A DNA stretch of 64,000 bases from Fibrobacteria bacterium (GTDB lineage Bacteria; Fibrobacterota; Fibrobacteria; UBA11236). Positions within the stretch are counted from its first letter, which is position 1. Each line of letters opens with the position of its first letter. The stretch covers positions 1 to 64,000 of the forward strand of contig JBGTHM010000125.1 of the NCBI GenBank assembly GCA_041746255.1. The letters run 5' to 3'. The position numbers were made by a program, and so were the translations under genes. The notes under the pieces were generated by a model. The model worked only from the letters and a program-made list of their open reading frames with translations. It was not told the origin of the DNA and made no database searches. Shown one piece after another: positions 1 to 10,100 of this stretch.

Positions 1-140
1 ACTGGATTGAGAAGGACGAAAACCGGTCACTTTGAACCGGATTTTCACCCTCGGGTCAATCGTCCGAACCGGTCATCTTGAACCGGATCGGCCGGTCACT
101 TTGAATCGGATTAGCCGGTCACCATGAACCGGATTTTGCA
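1..140. mobile_element. Terminal end of an IS21-family insertion sequence (body lies outside the window)
   Basis: Four ~20-bp repeats (CCGGTCA...TGAAyCGGAT) at 23, 69, 92 and 115, on a 23-bp period. Ends in TTTTGCA at 140. Multiple subterminal repeats and TG...CA ends are IS21 hallmarks. Confidence 0.75.
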
Positions 141-747
141 CATAATCACCGAAGGAAATATACAGGTAGCCGTCGGGACCAAAGTGCATCAAGGATACAC
201 CGTAAGATGGGGAGTGGGGAAATCCGATGATTTTACGTTTCATTTGCACCTGATTGAATTTGGCTCCCCCCGCCGTCCATTCCTCCACGCGTATTTCCGA
301 AGGTGATCGGCCGGTGCTTTGACTGAGGCGCCCTGTATAAATCACGTAGAAAAGATTTTTCCTGGGGAACTGGGGATGGAATTGAATGCTATAGGCTCCC
401 CATTCCGCCCTGAGGATGGCATGGGTTTTAGCGGTGAAGTCGGCGATTTTTTCCCGTGAATAGGAAGCGGCGATACCCTTAACCATGGTCGCAGGGTCGT
501 CGGGATATAGGGTGAAAATCTTTCCATGCTGATCCAGGATGTAAAAGTGCCCCGGAAGCGAGGGAACTTCCCACATTCCAATGGCCTTTGTCTTGTCTTT
601 AGCCATGCCAATCTTGCTGATATCGTAAAATGGCTTGAATCCGATATCTTTGGGTAAGTTCTGCGAAAACGATGTGGAGAAAGCCAATAGGCCGAAAAGG
701 CTCCAGCTTAGCATACTCAGCCTGATATGGCATTGAATTCGATTCAT
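141..747 (-). pseudogene. Secreted PQQ-dependent glucose/sorbosone dehydrogenase (GSDH)-like beta-propeller, 5' part, interrupted by IS
   Basis: Signal peptide; motifs FHPQF..FYVIY and FGPDGYLYISFGD. The frame runs into the IS repeats right after GDY. Confidence 0.7.
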
Positions 748-762
748 GATTTTCCTTTCAGT

Positions 763-3264
763 TCAGGGCAGCACGGGTAATTGTTTCACAAGAGTTTGTC
801 CGCCTGTTTCGAGGCCGACCAGGTAGAGGCCGGGCGACAGAGGGGAGGCAAAGGGAACTGAATTGTGCCCCGTCCTGCCGTGTCCCCTGATGCGGCGGAT
901 AAGTCCGCCATGCAAATTCCTCAGGCTGATGGAATACTCTGCGCCTTCGGCTAGGCTGAATGCGATGCTCTTTCCCTTGAGTCCATGCAAAACCCCGCCG
1001 CGTTGTAAGCCGCTGCGGCTCAGGTCTACGGCGGTTACTCTGGCCGGCGTTCCGGTACCGCCCACGAAATGGTAATCCGCGAGCGAACTTTTGAGTTTGG
1101 AGGACCAATTGTCCCAATCGCTTACCCGGTTATGTTTTCTTCCGGTATAATTCCTATCCATGATTTCCGCATATTGATCCCAGGCGTTGTAAGCTTCCGC
1201 CGCCGCCTCTACGGCTTTGGCCTTATTCCCTTTAAGATGATGGGCGGTGGCTCGGATATGCCCGGAATAGAACCATCCAAGCAGGGCGAGGGCGCGTACA
1301 TCGTCCAATGCGAGTTGCACCTCCTTACCCGAACCGCTTCGGGGGCCCTGGAGCCCCAGCATGGCATATTGCTTCATTCTCTCCCCCCAGGCCACGGGGG
1401 TTTCGCGGGTGCCGCATTTGTCGTTCTTATAGTCGGTAAACCCGCATACCCCCTTGGGCGCCCAGTCCGAACCGGCCGGCACCGTAATGGGAATATGGGC
1501 TCCGTCGGTGGGGAGTTGTTGAGCCCACTCCTGGATGGAACCCCATTTAGAACGAGGCCAATTGCCTTCGGGGTACCACATAAAATCAGCCCGCCAGGAG
1601 GCGTCGGCGGTGACCAGGGTGTTGGCCATGGGCAAACCGCGGGAAGCCGCCGTCCAGGCTTTATAAAGCGCTTCGGTGGGGACATCCGGGTATTTGATCC
1701 GTATCACATCCTTGAAATCTTCGTCGGTGCGATGGGGATCATATCCGGCGTAACCGAAGGCATAGAAGGCGTACCAGTTTTTCTTGATGTCCAACATGCC
1801 GTTTATGGCCTTGTCTTTGGAGTACCAGGTATAAGTATGGGTATTGCCGTCGGAACCCATGAAAAAGCCGGGGACGTAGCGGGATTTATCCTTGTCTCCG
1901 GGTTCTTGAGGGATGTTGAGGATATAGGTCCGGGCGAAGTCGTAACTTCCCCAGTTCAGATAATACATGTCATCGTTGCGGAGATTAAGCCACATCTTCT
2001 TTTTCCGGGCTTTCATCACCTCGAAAACACTTTCGCCTTTCACGTTCCGGTGGTAACCGGGAGCGGGATGGCTGTACATGTGCGCCCAGGAATATTTGAT
2101 TTCGAAATCGTAATTATAGGTGAGATTGTCGAAATATTTGGCGATGACGCTGGTAGAGCCTTCGTAAAGCCGGTAAATGAAGGTGAAATCGCGGTTTTTT
2201 CCGGGGTCGTGCAATTTTTGATAGTCATTGGTACCGCGACCGAATGTATCCCAGATGAACTCCGCCCGCTTGTCCCGGTCTCCGGTATCGTAATGTTCGC
2301 CGGCGTGGACGATGAAGCCGCTGACGGTGGGGAATTCCTGGAGAAAATGGGTCATGGTTTTCCGGAGATAATTCCGGGTGGCGGCATTGTCCACGCTTTC
2401 GGTGATGCCGTATTTATTCAACGCCCCGTCGACATAAATATTCCAGACCATCCAATACACCTTGATGCCGCGCGCTTCCGCGAGCGCGTGGATATCTTTC
2501 CAAAACTTGTTCTTCTCTTCGATGGTCATGCGTTTAATCAATCCCTGGTAATCATAAACATCCTCCAAGGCCGCATTCTCGTAGCCAGGCACTTTCATCA
2601 TTACCGTAAAGGGATGGAAACTCCACAGCGAGAGTAGGTTATAACGGGCGCGGGCCATTTCATCCAGGTATTCCTCCCAGAATTTCATGTCCCATACCGC
2701 CTTGATCATGACATTGACGTATTCCATGTCCTTGGATTGATAGGTACGGCTCCTTTTATCGAAGGCTATGTTGAGCTTGATGCCGCGGTTTTCGAGGAAA
2801 GCATTTTGATCGAAATTCCAGGTACCTTCGGTTCCATAAACTTGCAGCTTTTTCGCCAATTCGAGGCCGCCATACATGGCGCCAACCGCGTCTCCTCCCA
2901 AGGCCCAAAATGTTTTCGTCCCGTTTTGAGTGGTACGGATGCCGAAGCCTTGGGCTTTGATACCGTTCGGTAGGTTTCCGCCCTCGCCCACGAGATGGTT
3001 TTTTGTGGAGACATCCGCCAAAGTCGCCAACACAATCAGGAACTCACCTTCGACGGCAGTAAATTGGGAAAGAGGGGATTGGGTAACGATATGGCCGCGT
3101 AATTCGAGCGCCTTTTTTATGTCGCTCGCGGCAAAGGCGATGGAAGGATTCCCGGGATCGCTCACGACTTTAATCTGCGCCGCTTCAACCATGCCTCCGA
3201 AGGTAAGCAAGGCTAAGGCCGCCGCTGGAAGCCAGGAACCGAGTCTTGCTTTTCTAAACCTCAT
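763..3264 (-). CDS. Secreted uncharacterised glycoside-hydrolase-like protein (GH20/GH67/GH115-type N-domain plus TIM barrel) with C-terminal T9SS-like domain
   Basis: Signal peptide from MRFRK (ATG 3264). N-domain motif GGDAVGAMYGGLEL; WEEYLDEMARARYNLLSLW; tail YSISLRNLHG...SPGLYLVGL. Confidence 0.65.
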   Translation of the reverse strand: MRFRKARLGSWLPAAALALLTFGGMVEAAQIKVVSDPGNPSIAFAASDIKKALELRGHIVTQSPLSQFTAVEGEFLIVLATLADVSTKNHLVGEGGNLPNGIKAQGFGIRTTQNGTKTFWALGGDAVGAMYGGLELAKKLQVYGTEGTWNFDQNAFLENRGIKLNIAFDKRSRTYQSKDMEYVNVMIKAVWDMKFWEEYLDEMARARYNLLSLWSFHPFTVMMKVPGYENAALEDVYDYQGLIKRMTIEEKNKFWKDIHALAEARGIKVYWMVWNIYVDGALNKYGITESVDNAATRNYLRKTMTHFLQEFPTVSGFIVHAGEHYDTGDRDKRAEFIWDTFGRGTNDYQKLHDPGKNRDFTFIYRLYEGSTSVIAKYFDNLTYNYDFEIKYSWAHMYSHPAPGYHRNVKGESVFEVMKARKKKMWLNLRNDDMYYLNWGSYDFARTYILNIPQEPGDKDKSRYVPGFFMGSDGNTHTYTWYSKDKAINGMLDIKKNWYAFYAFGYAGYDPHRTDEDFKDVIRIKYPDVPTEALYKAWTAASRGLPMANTLVTADASWRADFMWYPEGNWPRSKWGSIQEWAQQLPTDGAHIPITVPAGSDWAPKGVCGFTDYKNDKCGTRETPVAWGERMKQYAMLGLQGPRSGSGKEVQLALDDVRALALLGWFYSGHIRATAHHLKGNKAKAVEAAAEAYNAWDQYAEIMDRNYTGRKHNRVSDWDNWSSKLKSSLADYHFVGGTGTPARVTAVDLSRSGLQRGGVLHGLKGKSIAFSLAEGAEYSISLRNLHGGLIRRIRGHGRTGHNSVPFASPLSPGLYLVGLETGGQTLVKQLPVLP

Positions 3265-3312
3265 CTGATAATCTCCAGCTTGAATCAACCTGATTTTTTT
3301 CGTGCCCGCATG

Positions 3313-6057
3313 TTACAGCCCCTTGGCCGTGGTAATGTCCCGCTCCACTTCTTTCAAGTAGACTTCCCAGGAGAAGCCGGTATTACCGGTATGTAACAAG
3401 GGGATGGTATTATGATGGGGCTTGGTAACGGCAATGACCTCGACCCAGTGACTCTTGGCGGTTTCGAGCAAGGTCACGGCTTTGGTTTTTTCCGAAGCCG
3501 TGCGCGCGACGCGAAAAGTTTCCAAAGCCACAGCCGCTCGCAGCTTGTCGGCGAAGTAGAGGGACAGATGGCTCAAGGCTTTCACGTCCATAATTTCACA
3601 TTCCAAAGTTTTATGGGAAGAAGAGAGACCGTTCACAATCGCCAAAGCCTGTTGGCCCATTTGTTGCAATTCGTCCGCCAATTGTAAGGGAGTGATTTTG
3701 GACGGGTTCAAATTGCCTTTCTGTAGGGCGCCAACGTAATCCTTGACGGAAATGTAAGCGGGGTCCATAACCTCATGGTCCATCAACTCCCTTATGGATA
3801 GGAAAGGCGACTGTCCGTCGTTGAGCCCGAATTTCAATGAGGGGGCCAAGAATCCTTCCGAATAGAGGGTGCCGTCCCAGGTATAATCGACATAGGCGGC
3901 GAAGCGAAGCGGCATATTACTGGCTAACCGGAATGCATCCACCATTTTTGCGCCGACGCCTTGTCCGTAGCGGTTGTCGAAATCAAGGGCGAAAACCGCG
4001 TCGGTAGTCTTAGGATCGTACAGCAGCCGGCCCCATTGCTTATAGAAAAGCCATTGTCTTTCCCAGGCATACTTCCAATCGACATGGGCGTGGCCGGCTT
4101 TATGGAGATAATCTTTCGCCGGGATATAAGTTTCCGAACCGATGAAATATCCGCCGACATAATCCTGCCCGTTCAGGCTGATATGCTTTCTTATGAAATC
4201 GGGTTGGCCCCATCGCAGTACGAAAATGTCTTCGTTGCGTATCATCCAGGTCATGGCGTAATTTTTGGGAAGCGGGTTCCAATAAGTATCCCGGATGTCG
4301 CCTCCATGGACTTTCACGAGCTTCTCGGAAGAGAGGCCGTGCGACCAGTTGAATTTGACCTCCACCCAAATGGGCGAGTCGAAGTCCATCGCCTCCAATG
4401 CCTGCCGCGTCATCAGCTCGGTTTCGCGATTGGTCGAACCTCCCGGACTGGAAGTGCCGGAAAGGGGCGCCCTGTGAATCAACTTCACCGGCCGGTTCGC
4501 GGCCTTCATACCGGCAATGATGACGCGTTCCACCCATCTTTGCCTTTCGGTAGGCGTCATCGAGCCCATGGCTTCACCATGAGATATGCCAAGACCGGTT
4601 AGGTCGGGGTATTCTTTGAGGACTTGTGTGACGGATTCGCGGGTATATTTTTCGATTACCGCGCTATTATTAGCGGGTCCGTGGGAAAAGTTATCCTTGA
4701 AGTCTTCATTCGCGTTCTTGTCATAATTGTCCTTGAACTCCTTGGTCACCCAAATGTTCCAATTGACCAAATAGGTTTCAATGCCGCGCTCCTTCGCCAT
4801 GCGGAAAAGGGCGGTCCAGAATTTCTGCCATTTGGCTAATTCCGCGTCGTTATAGGGAGAGGCTTTGGGATAATTCGTGGGCCTGACAAGATAGGGGAAT
4901 GGGTGCATGGACCAGAGAGACAGAACGTTCAAACGGTTTTCGGCCATCATGTCCAAAAAACCTTCCCAGTATTGGATATCGCCGGCGGTTTCCATATGCA
5001 ATTGCAGGGACTCGTGCTTTCGATAAGAGGACCAGGGGGTATTGAACTTCATGGCGCGGAAGGGGAAACGAGGGTTGACCGTCTTTTCCGGCACTGCGCC
5101 CGGCCCATGGATGGAAATCATATCCGACAGTTCGAGGAGTCCATACATGGCTCCTGACTGGTCGATGGCGGTAACGCCTAATTTGCCCGCGGCATTGGAC
5201 AAATGGAAGCCCTCTTTTTTCAGCGTAGAGGAAGATTTGGCGTCGACAATGGCGACATTTAAGTTTTCATTGCCCACGGCCTGGGTCGCATCCACCAGCA
5301 CGGGAAGAAGATTCTTTTTACGTAATGTCTGAGCCAGGCGGGTAACGCCAAAAATCTGTTGGGTGGATTTTGAGTCGAATACGATTGAGAAGGGAGCGCC
5401 GTTGACTTCGGGACTTAGGACGAGGGTGCCTAGATTTTTACGCAAAGAGTCGACGGTGATATTTCGGGAGATGTATCCCGCCATTTTAACGCTGACGGTG
5501 TCCAGCCCTCCAGGGTTCGCTGCCGTCTTGGCCAGCATCGACGGTGATTTTGCATCGGACCGGAATGCCTCACTTTTCGAAGTGGAATTGGTGAGGAATG
5601 TGTGCTTGAGTGTAGTCGTCTTTCCGCCGGTAGAAATGCGAATAAAATGGATGCCGGTTCCGGCGCCGGGAAAAGCGGATAAAAGGTTTACTCGATGCTC
5701 ACCCTGAGAAAAGGCGTTATTGACTTGCGCAATTCGCTGTCCATTCAAATCGTATAGAACTAGAGAAACCAGATTAGGGCGTTTTAATTGGAAGATCAAG
5801 GATTGGGATTGCAAAGAGGGGAGACCCTCGAATGGTTCATTGAGAAATCCCAACAAGGAGTTCGCCGGGCCCGACAAGTTAAAGCTACCCCCGGCATCGG
5901 ACAGGGTGAAAAGTCCATACCGTTCGATTCCTACGCTGACGCCCTCGAGGGGAGCACTGGCTTGATTGACGATTTTTCCGGTTAATTGAATGTCCTGGCC
6001 CTGGGAGCTGGTGGCCGTAATGAATAGGACAATGGCGCACAAAAATTGGGTTTTCAT
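3313..6057 (-). CDS. Paralogous secreted glycoside-hydrolase-like protein with N-terminal carboxypeptidase-regulatory-like/T9SS-like module
   Basis: ATG 6057 (MKTQFLC) with signal peptide. AIDQSGAMYGLLEL and WEGFLDMMAENRLNVLSLW motifs are shared with the neighbouring gene. Confidence 0.65.
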   Translation of the reverse strand: MKTQFLCAIVLFITATSSQGQDIQLTGKIVNQASAPLEGVSVGIERYGLFTLSDAGGSFNLSGPANSLLGFLNEPFEGLPSLQSQSLIFQLKRPNLVSLVLYDLNGQRIAQVNNAFSQGEHRVNLLSAFPGAGTGIHFIRISTGGKTTTLKHTFLTNSTSKSEAFRSDAKSPSMLAKTAANPGGLDTVSVKMAGYISRNITVDSLRKNLGTLVLSPEVNGAPFSIVFDSKSTQQIFGVTRLAQTLRKKNLLPVLVDATQAVGNENLNVAIVDAKSSSTLKKEGFHLSNAAGKLGVTAIDQSGAMYGLLELSDMISIHGPGAVPEKTVNPRFPFRAMKFNTPWSSYRKHESLQLHMETAGDIQYWEGFLDMMAENRLNVLSLWSMHPFPYLVRPTNYPKASPYNDAELAKWQKFWTALFRMAKERGIETYLVNWNIWVTKEFKDNYDKNANEDFKDNFSHGPANNSAVIEKYTRESVTQVLKEYPDLTGLGISHGEAMGSMTPTERQRWVERVIIAGMKAANRPVKLIHRAPLSGTSSPGGSTNRETELMTRQALEAMDFDSPIWVEVKFNWSHGLSSEKLVKVHGGDIRDTYWNPLPKNYAMTWMIRNEDIFVLRWGQPDFIRKHISLNGQDYVGGYFIGSETYIPAKDYLHKAGHAHVDWKYAWERQWLFYKQWGRLLYDPKTTDAVFALDFDNRYGQGVGAKMVDAFRLASNMPLRFAAYVDYTWDGTLYSEGFLAPSLKFGLNDGQSPFLSIRELMDHEVMDPAYISVKDYVGALQKGNLNPSKITPLQLADELQQMGQQALAIVNGLSSSHKTLECEIMDVKALSHLSLYFADKLRAAVALETFRVARTASEKTKAVTLLETAKSHWVEVIAVTKPHHNTIPLLHTGNTGFSWEVYLKEVERDITTAKGL

Positions 6058-6303
6058 ATTAGGCGGATACCTTGTGGAGAGACGATTTTTTGGGTCATGG
6101 CTATGTGGTGCCGAAATTGTTCTCAAATATCTCAGTGTCCCGGCAATAAGTTAGAGCCAGACCGTTATTCCAACCGGGATGAAATTTTGATATAGAGTAT
6201 AATCTGCCTATTTAGGCCGAAACGGGCCGTATTAGGAGAAAATACCGTCCTCCCGAGGATACAAGCTTCGCATCCGGAATTTGTACCTTAGAGCGTTATT
6301 CTT

Positions 6304-7352
6304 GTGAATGATCCCAAATCCCATTGCAGCAGCCTTCCTAAGTCGATTGAGTCGCTAACCAAGGCACGTCGGCATATCGAGAACATCCTCCGTGTGGCGA
6401 TAGGCCATACCTTGGACCAAAGGGCCTTGATTGTCGCTGATTCCGGCTGCGAACTTGCCACCCTCCTGGGGGAGGCTTATAAGCGTGCCTTCCCCAAGCG
6501 GACCTCCTTGAATTTGAATCGGTAAGTACCGAAAAAATCCTGACTTCTTTTGCATCGCTTCAGTCCGGAGATTTGGTGGTACTCATCCAATCCACCAACT
6601 TCCGTCTCGAGGCTTTTCGCATTCGTATCGAGTTGTTTCGGAAAGGCCTGAAGGTGATTGAGCATCCGCATTTATTGCGCATGGTGGGTCAGGAAGCGGA
6701 ATGGTATGTCGACGCACTGGAATATGATGAAGGGTATTATCGGGGAGTGGGGCATGCTTTAAAGTCCCGCTTGGATAAAGCCCGATCGGGGTTCCTTATT
6801 AGCGGAGGCGAGCGTTTGACTTTCGGGTCGGCGTTTGAACCTGCCAAATTGAATGTAGGTGATTATACCGGCATGAAAAATGTCGGCGGCCTATTCCCCA
6901 TTGGAGAGGTGTTCACTGAAGCGGTGGATTTGGAGGCGGTTGGTGGACGGGTGCAGCTATTCGCATTTGCCGATACCTCATTCTCGGTAAACAAGCCGGA
7001 TACCCCCATAACGCTGGTTGTCGAAAAGGGTCGTGTTATTGAAGCTTTGAATTCCAACCCGGAATTCGACAAGGTATTGGAAAACATCCGCGCCGACGAA
7101 GGTGAGGTGCGTGTGCGGGAGTTGGGCTTTGGCATGAACCGGGCTTTTACTCCGGAGCGCATTGTCTGTGATGTAGGAACCTTCGAGCGGATGTGCGGTA
7201 TTCATTTATCGCTGGGGGCGAAGCATGCAATTTACCCGAAGCCGGAGATTAAACGGAAAGAATCCCGGCACCACGTGGACGTTTTTGCGGTGACGGACGG
7301 GGTTTACTTGGATGACGTGAATGTGTTTCGCGAGGGACGGTGGGTGGTTTAG
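6304..7352 (+). pseudogene. Leucyl aminopeptidase / M29 thermophilic metalloprotease-like gene split by a 1-nt frameshift
   Basis: ORFs 6304-6525 and 6573-7352 join if one C is added to CCCC at 6492-6495 (…AFPQADLLEFESVSTEKIL…DLVVLIQ). Motifs PIGEVF, RELGFGMN, GIHLSLG, HHVDV. Confidence 0.65.
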
Positions 7353-7528
7353 GTTATTGCCGAAGCCGCTCGTCCGCAACATTTTCCTCCAAGCTGTTGG
7401 GAAAGGGGGGCGCCTTCAAATGCTTCCCTAGCGGTACCTAAGTCCCAAACTAGGTAAATTTAAGTTCGAAAATTCATCCAGATTGGATTAATATTTTCAA
7501 TGAACTTTTTCCGCTGGGAAACTGAGAG

Positions 7529-7921
7529 ATGAATGAAGAAATCAAATCCTACAACGACAAGCAATTGCCGTCGGATAAAGAAATTTGTCAAAAACTAGCC
7601 CAAGCGATTGACAAGGAACTTTCTGAAGCTGAAAGTAAAATTTGGCATGCCCACCCAGTCTGGTTTTTAGACGGCAACCCGATTGTCGGATACAGCAAGC
7701 AAAAACCGGGCATGAGATTAATGTTTTGGAGCGGGGCTGATTTTGAAGAAGAGGGCTTAGGCGTAAGGGGAAAGAAATTCAAGGATGCCTCAATATTCTT
7801 CCAGAGTGCGTCCGAGATTGAAGCCAAGGATTTAAAGCGATGGCTGAAGAAATCCAGAGAAATTCAATGGGACTACAAAAACCTGGTTAAGCGCAAAGGA
7901 AAGTTCCAGCGCATAAAATGA
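7529..7921 (+). CDS. DUF1801 (YdhG-like) domain protein
   Basis: 130 aa; KIWHAHPVWFLDGNPIVGY…RLMFWSG is typical of this family. Confidence 0.75.
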   Translation: MNEEIKSYNDKQLPSDKEICQKLAQAIDKELSEAESKIWHAHPVWFLDGNPIVGYSKQKPGMRLMFWSGADFEEEGLGVRGKKFKDASIFFQSASEIEAKDLKRWLKKSREIQWDYKNLVKRKGKFQRIK

Positions 7922-8070
7922 AGGATGGCAGCAGGAAGACTCTAAGGACTTGCAGCAACGGACATCAATACCAAAAAAGTAGCGATTGTCCTACTTGCCC
8001 GAAATGTGAAGCGGCCAAGCCGCAAGAATTTTTGAATTTTGGGAGGGATTTCCTCGTATTAAAAAGGGTA
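7918..8070 (+). CDS. 50-aa Cys/His zinc-binding peptide (not in the ORF track)
   Basis: ATGA overlap with the DUF1801 stop. Translation: MKDGSRKTLRTCSNGHQYQKSSDCPTCPKCEAAKPQEFLNFGRDFLVLKG. Confidence 0.55.
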
Positions 8071-8126
8071 GTATGTTCGAATGCCGTTAGTCGGTGATCG
8101 TAAACAATTTGCCCTGGAGAAATCTC

Positions 8127-8807
8127 TTGCTTAAAAAGCGACTTTCCATTTCGTTTAAGTTTTCCGCTTTCGCATTATTCACGCTTACTTCCAGTCCCGC
8201 ACCTACCTCTGCGGAGCGTATCAACGCCGGCCCGATTTGGGAAATCGGACTTGGAGTGGAACATGTGTCGGTAGAAATAGATCCTTCCAGTGAGGGTGGA
8301 GCGTCGGGCTGGGGCGGCCAACCTGTTTTTGCTCGCGGTTCCTTGCTGGGCGCCCTTACCCGGAACGCTTCCGGCGGTAAATGGATGGCCGGAGATTATT
8401 TGGCATTGGGAATAGGAGGCTGGTACGGGGACCAAGGCTATATTCGTGTTCCATTGGATGTTGGCGCCCAAGTCGGCGCGGTGTTGGCAGGCGAATTCCA
8501 GGTAGTCGCGAAAGCGGGAGTTATGGGTGTGGGAACCGGTGGAAGCAACAATGCCGGTGGCTTCGGAACTTTTTTTTACAGTCTCCGCGGAAAATGGCAG
8601 GACTATGCGCTTGAAGGAGGATTCGGCCTGAGGAAAGATACCGATGAAGGCGGCGCCGCCGGGGTACATTTTTTCACTGCTCGCTGGTATGTTTCGGACA
8701 TCAATCTCGGAGTGCGTTACATGTCGGCCACCCGGAGAATCAACCCACCCTCCCAAAACACGCTTACGGATCAATCCGTGTTGATGTTCATGAGCCTTGA
8801 AATTTAA
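8127..8807 (+). CDS. Hypothetical outer-membrane beta-barrel-like protein
   Basis: Signal-like N-terminus, Gly-rich alternating beta-strands, terminal amphipathic strand. TTG start after GGAGA is inferred. Confidence 0.5.
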   Translation: MLKKRLSISFKFSAFALFTLTSSPAPTSAERINAGPIWEIGLGVEHVSVEIDPSSEGGASGWGGQPVFARGSLLGALTRNASGGKWMAGDYLALGIGGWYGDQGYIRVPLDVGAQVGAVLAGEFQVVAKAGVMGVGTGGSNNAGGFGTFFYSLRGKWQDYALEGGFGLRKDTDEGGAAGVHFFTARWYVSDINLGVRYMSATRRINPPSQNTLTDQSVLMFMSLEI

Positions 8808-8906
8808 TGATCGACGGTCCATTATCTTTATCGGACCATTCGATTTTGCGCATGCAATGGGTGATTCCGTTTTGCATGGACCTACAGAAATTGGCATATT
8901 CTCCGG

Positions 8907-10100
8907 ATGACCGATATCTTCGTAATCACTTATGTCCTCTGCGGGATTTCCCTCGGTCTCTTCCTGGTTGCCAAAGCTCCCCGCGCTCTCAAAGCCATAC
9001 CCCGGTTTCGAGATTTTCCTGAACCCGTAGCCCTTGATCCTGGTTGGCCCCGTCTCAGTGTCATCGTCGCCGCCTGTGACGAAGCAAGCACCATAGAACC
9101 CGCCCTGCGCAGCCTCCTTGCCCAGGACTACCCCGATTTCCAGGTGGTTGCCGTCAACGATCGTTCCACGGACCGAACGGGGGCCATCCTTGACGGACTT
9201 TCACAAACGGAACCGAAACTCCAAGTTGAGCATATCCATAAACTTCCGTCCGGATGGATAGGCAAAGTCAATGCTTTGCACCAAGCCACCCAAGCGGCGT
9301 CGGGTGATTGGCTGTTATATACGGATGCCGACGTTCACTTCAAACCCGGCACCTTACGCCTGGCCCTCGCTTATGCGGAATCTCAAAACCTGGATCACCT
9401 CACTTTGTTACCTAGGGTACTCGCGCCTTCCCTATTGCTTAAAGGAGTCGTCCGCGCCTTCGGCATCGCATTCCTTCTCACGACTCGCGCCGAAGAATTT
9501 TCCAATCCCGAATCCTCAGCCTACATCGGTGTGGGAGCTTTCAACCTCGTACGTCGCTCCGCACTCGCAAAGACCGAGGGCTTTGCTTGGCTACGCATGG
9601 AAATCGCCGACGACATGGGCTTGGCGAAGTTGCTCAAACTCGGCGGAGCCCGTTCCGGAGTCGCGTTAGCCGATGAACATGTGGAAGTCCTTTGGTATCC
9701 TACCGTAATGGCCATGTTTCGTGGTTTGGAGAAAAACAGTTTTTCCGCCGGTGCGGGGTTCAAGTGGAGCAATGTCATCCTTTTGTGTCTTGCGACGTGG
9801 AGTATGATGCTGGCTCCCCTGATAGCACTGGCCTATCCCTTGCCTTTGCTTCACTGGGCCGGCATTGCTACTCTCGCGGGTTTGCTGTGGGGCTCCTGGA
9901 AAAATACCGATACCTATGCCCATGTCGAATCCCGCACTACAGGGTTCTTGGCGAACCTTTTGGTTCCGGTGGGATTTCTGCTCATATCTTTCATGCTGCT
10001 ACGCTCGGCATGGCGAATCACCCGCGATGGAGGAGTTTCTTGGCGAGGTACTTTTTATCCCCTGGCAGAACTTAAACAGGGGAGGCGCGTAGGATTTTAA
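8907..10100 (+). CDS. Family 2 glycosyltransferase, membrane-anchored (HpnB/CrtQ-like)
   Basis: SVIVAACDE, VNDRSTD, GWIGK, YTDADV (DxD), ADD, C-terminal TM helices, WRG. Confidence 0.85.
   Translation: MTDIFVITYVLCGISLGLFLVAKAPRALKAIPRFRDFPEPVALDPGWPRLSVIVAACDEASTIEPALRSLLAQDYPDFQVVAVNDRSTDRTGAILDGLSQTEPKLQVEHIHKLPSGWIGKVNALHQATQAASGDWLLYTDADVHFKPGTLRLALAYAESQNLDHLTLLPRVLAPSLLLKGVVRAFGIAFLLTTRAEEFSNPESSAYIGVGAFNLVRRSALAKTEGFAWLRMEIADDMGLAKLLKLGGARSGVALADEHVEVLWYPTVMAMFRGLEKNSFSAGAGFKWSNVILLCLATWSMMLAPLIALAYPLPLLHWAGIATLAGLLWGSWKNTDTYAHVESRTTGFLANLLVPVGFLLISFMLLRSAWRITRDGGVSWRGTFYPLAELKQGRRVGF

Noticed and set aside
23..134. Repeats as a CRISPR array
   Set aside because: The 23-bp period leaves ~3-nt spacers, there are no cas genes, and the pattern fits IS21 ends.
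1069..2637. 522-aa plus-strand ORF
   Set aside because: Antisense shadow of the GH-like gene with no recognisable motifs.
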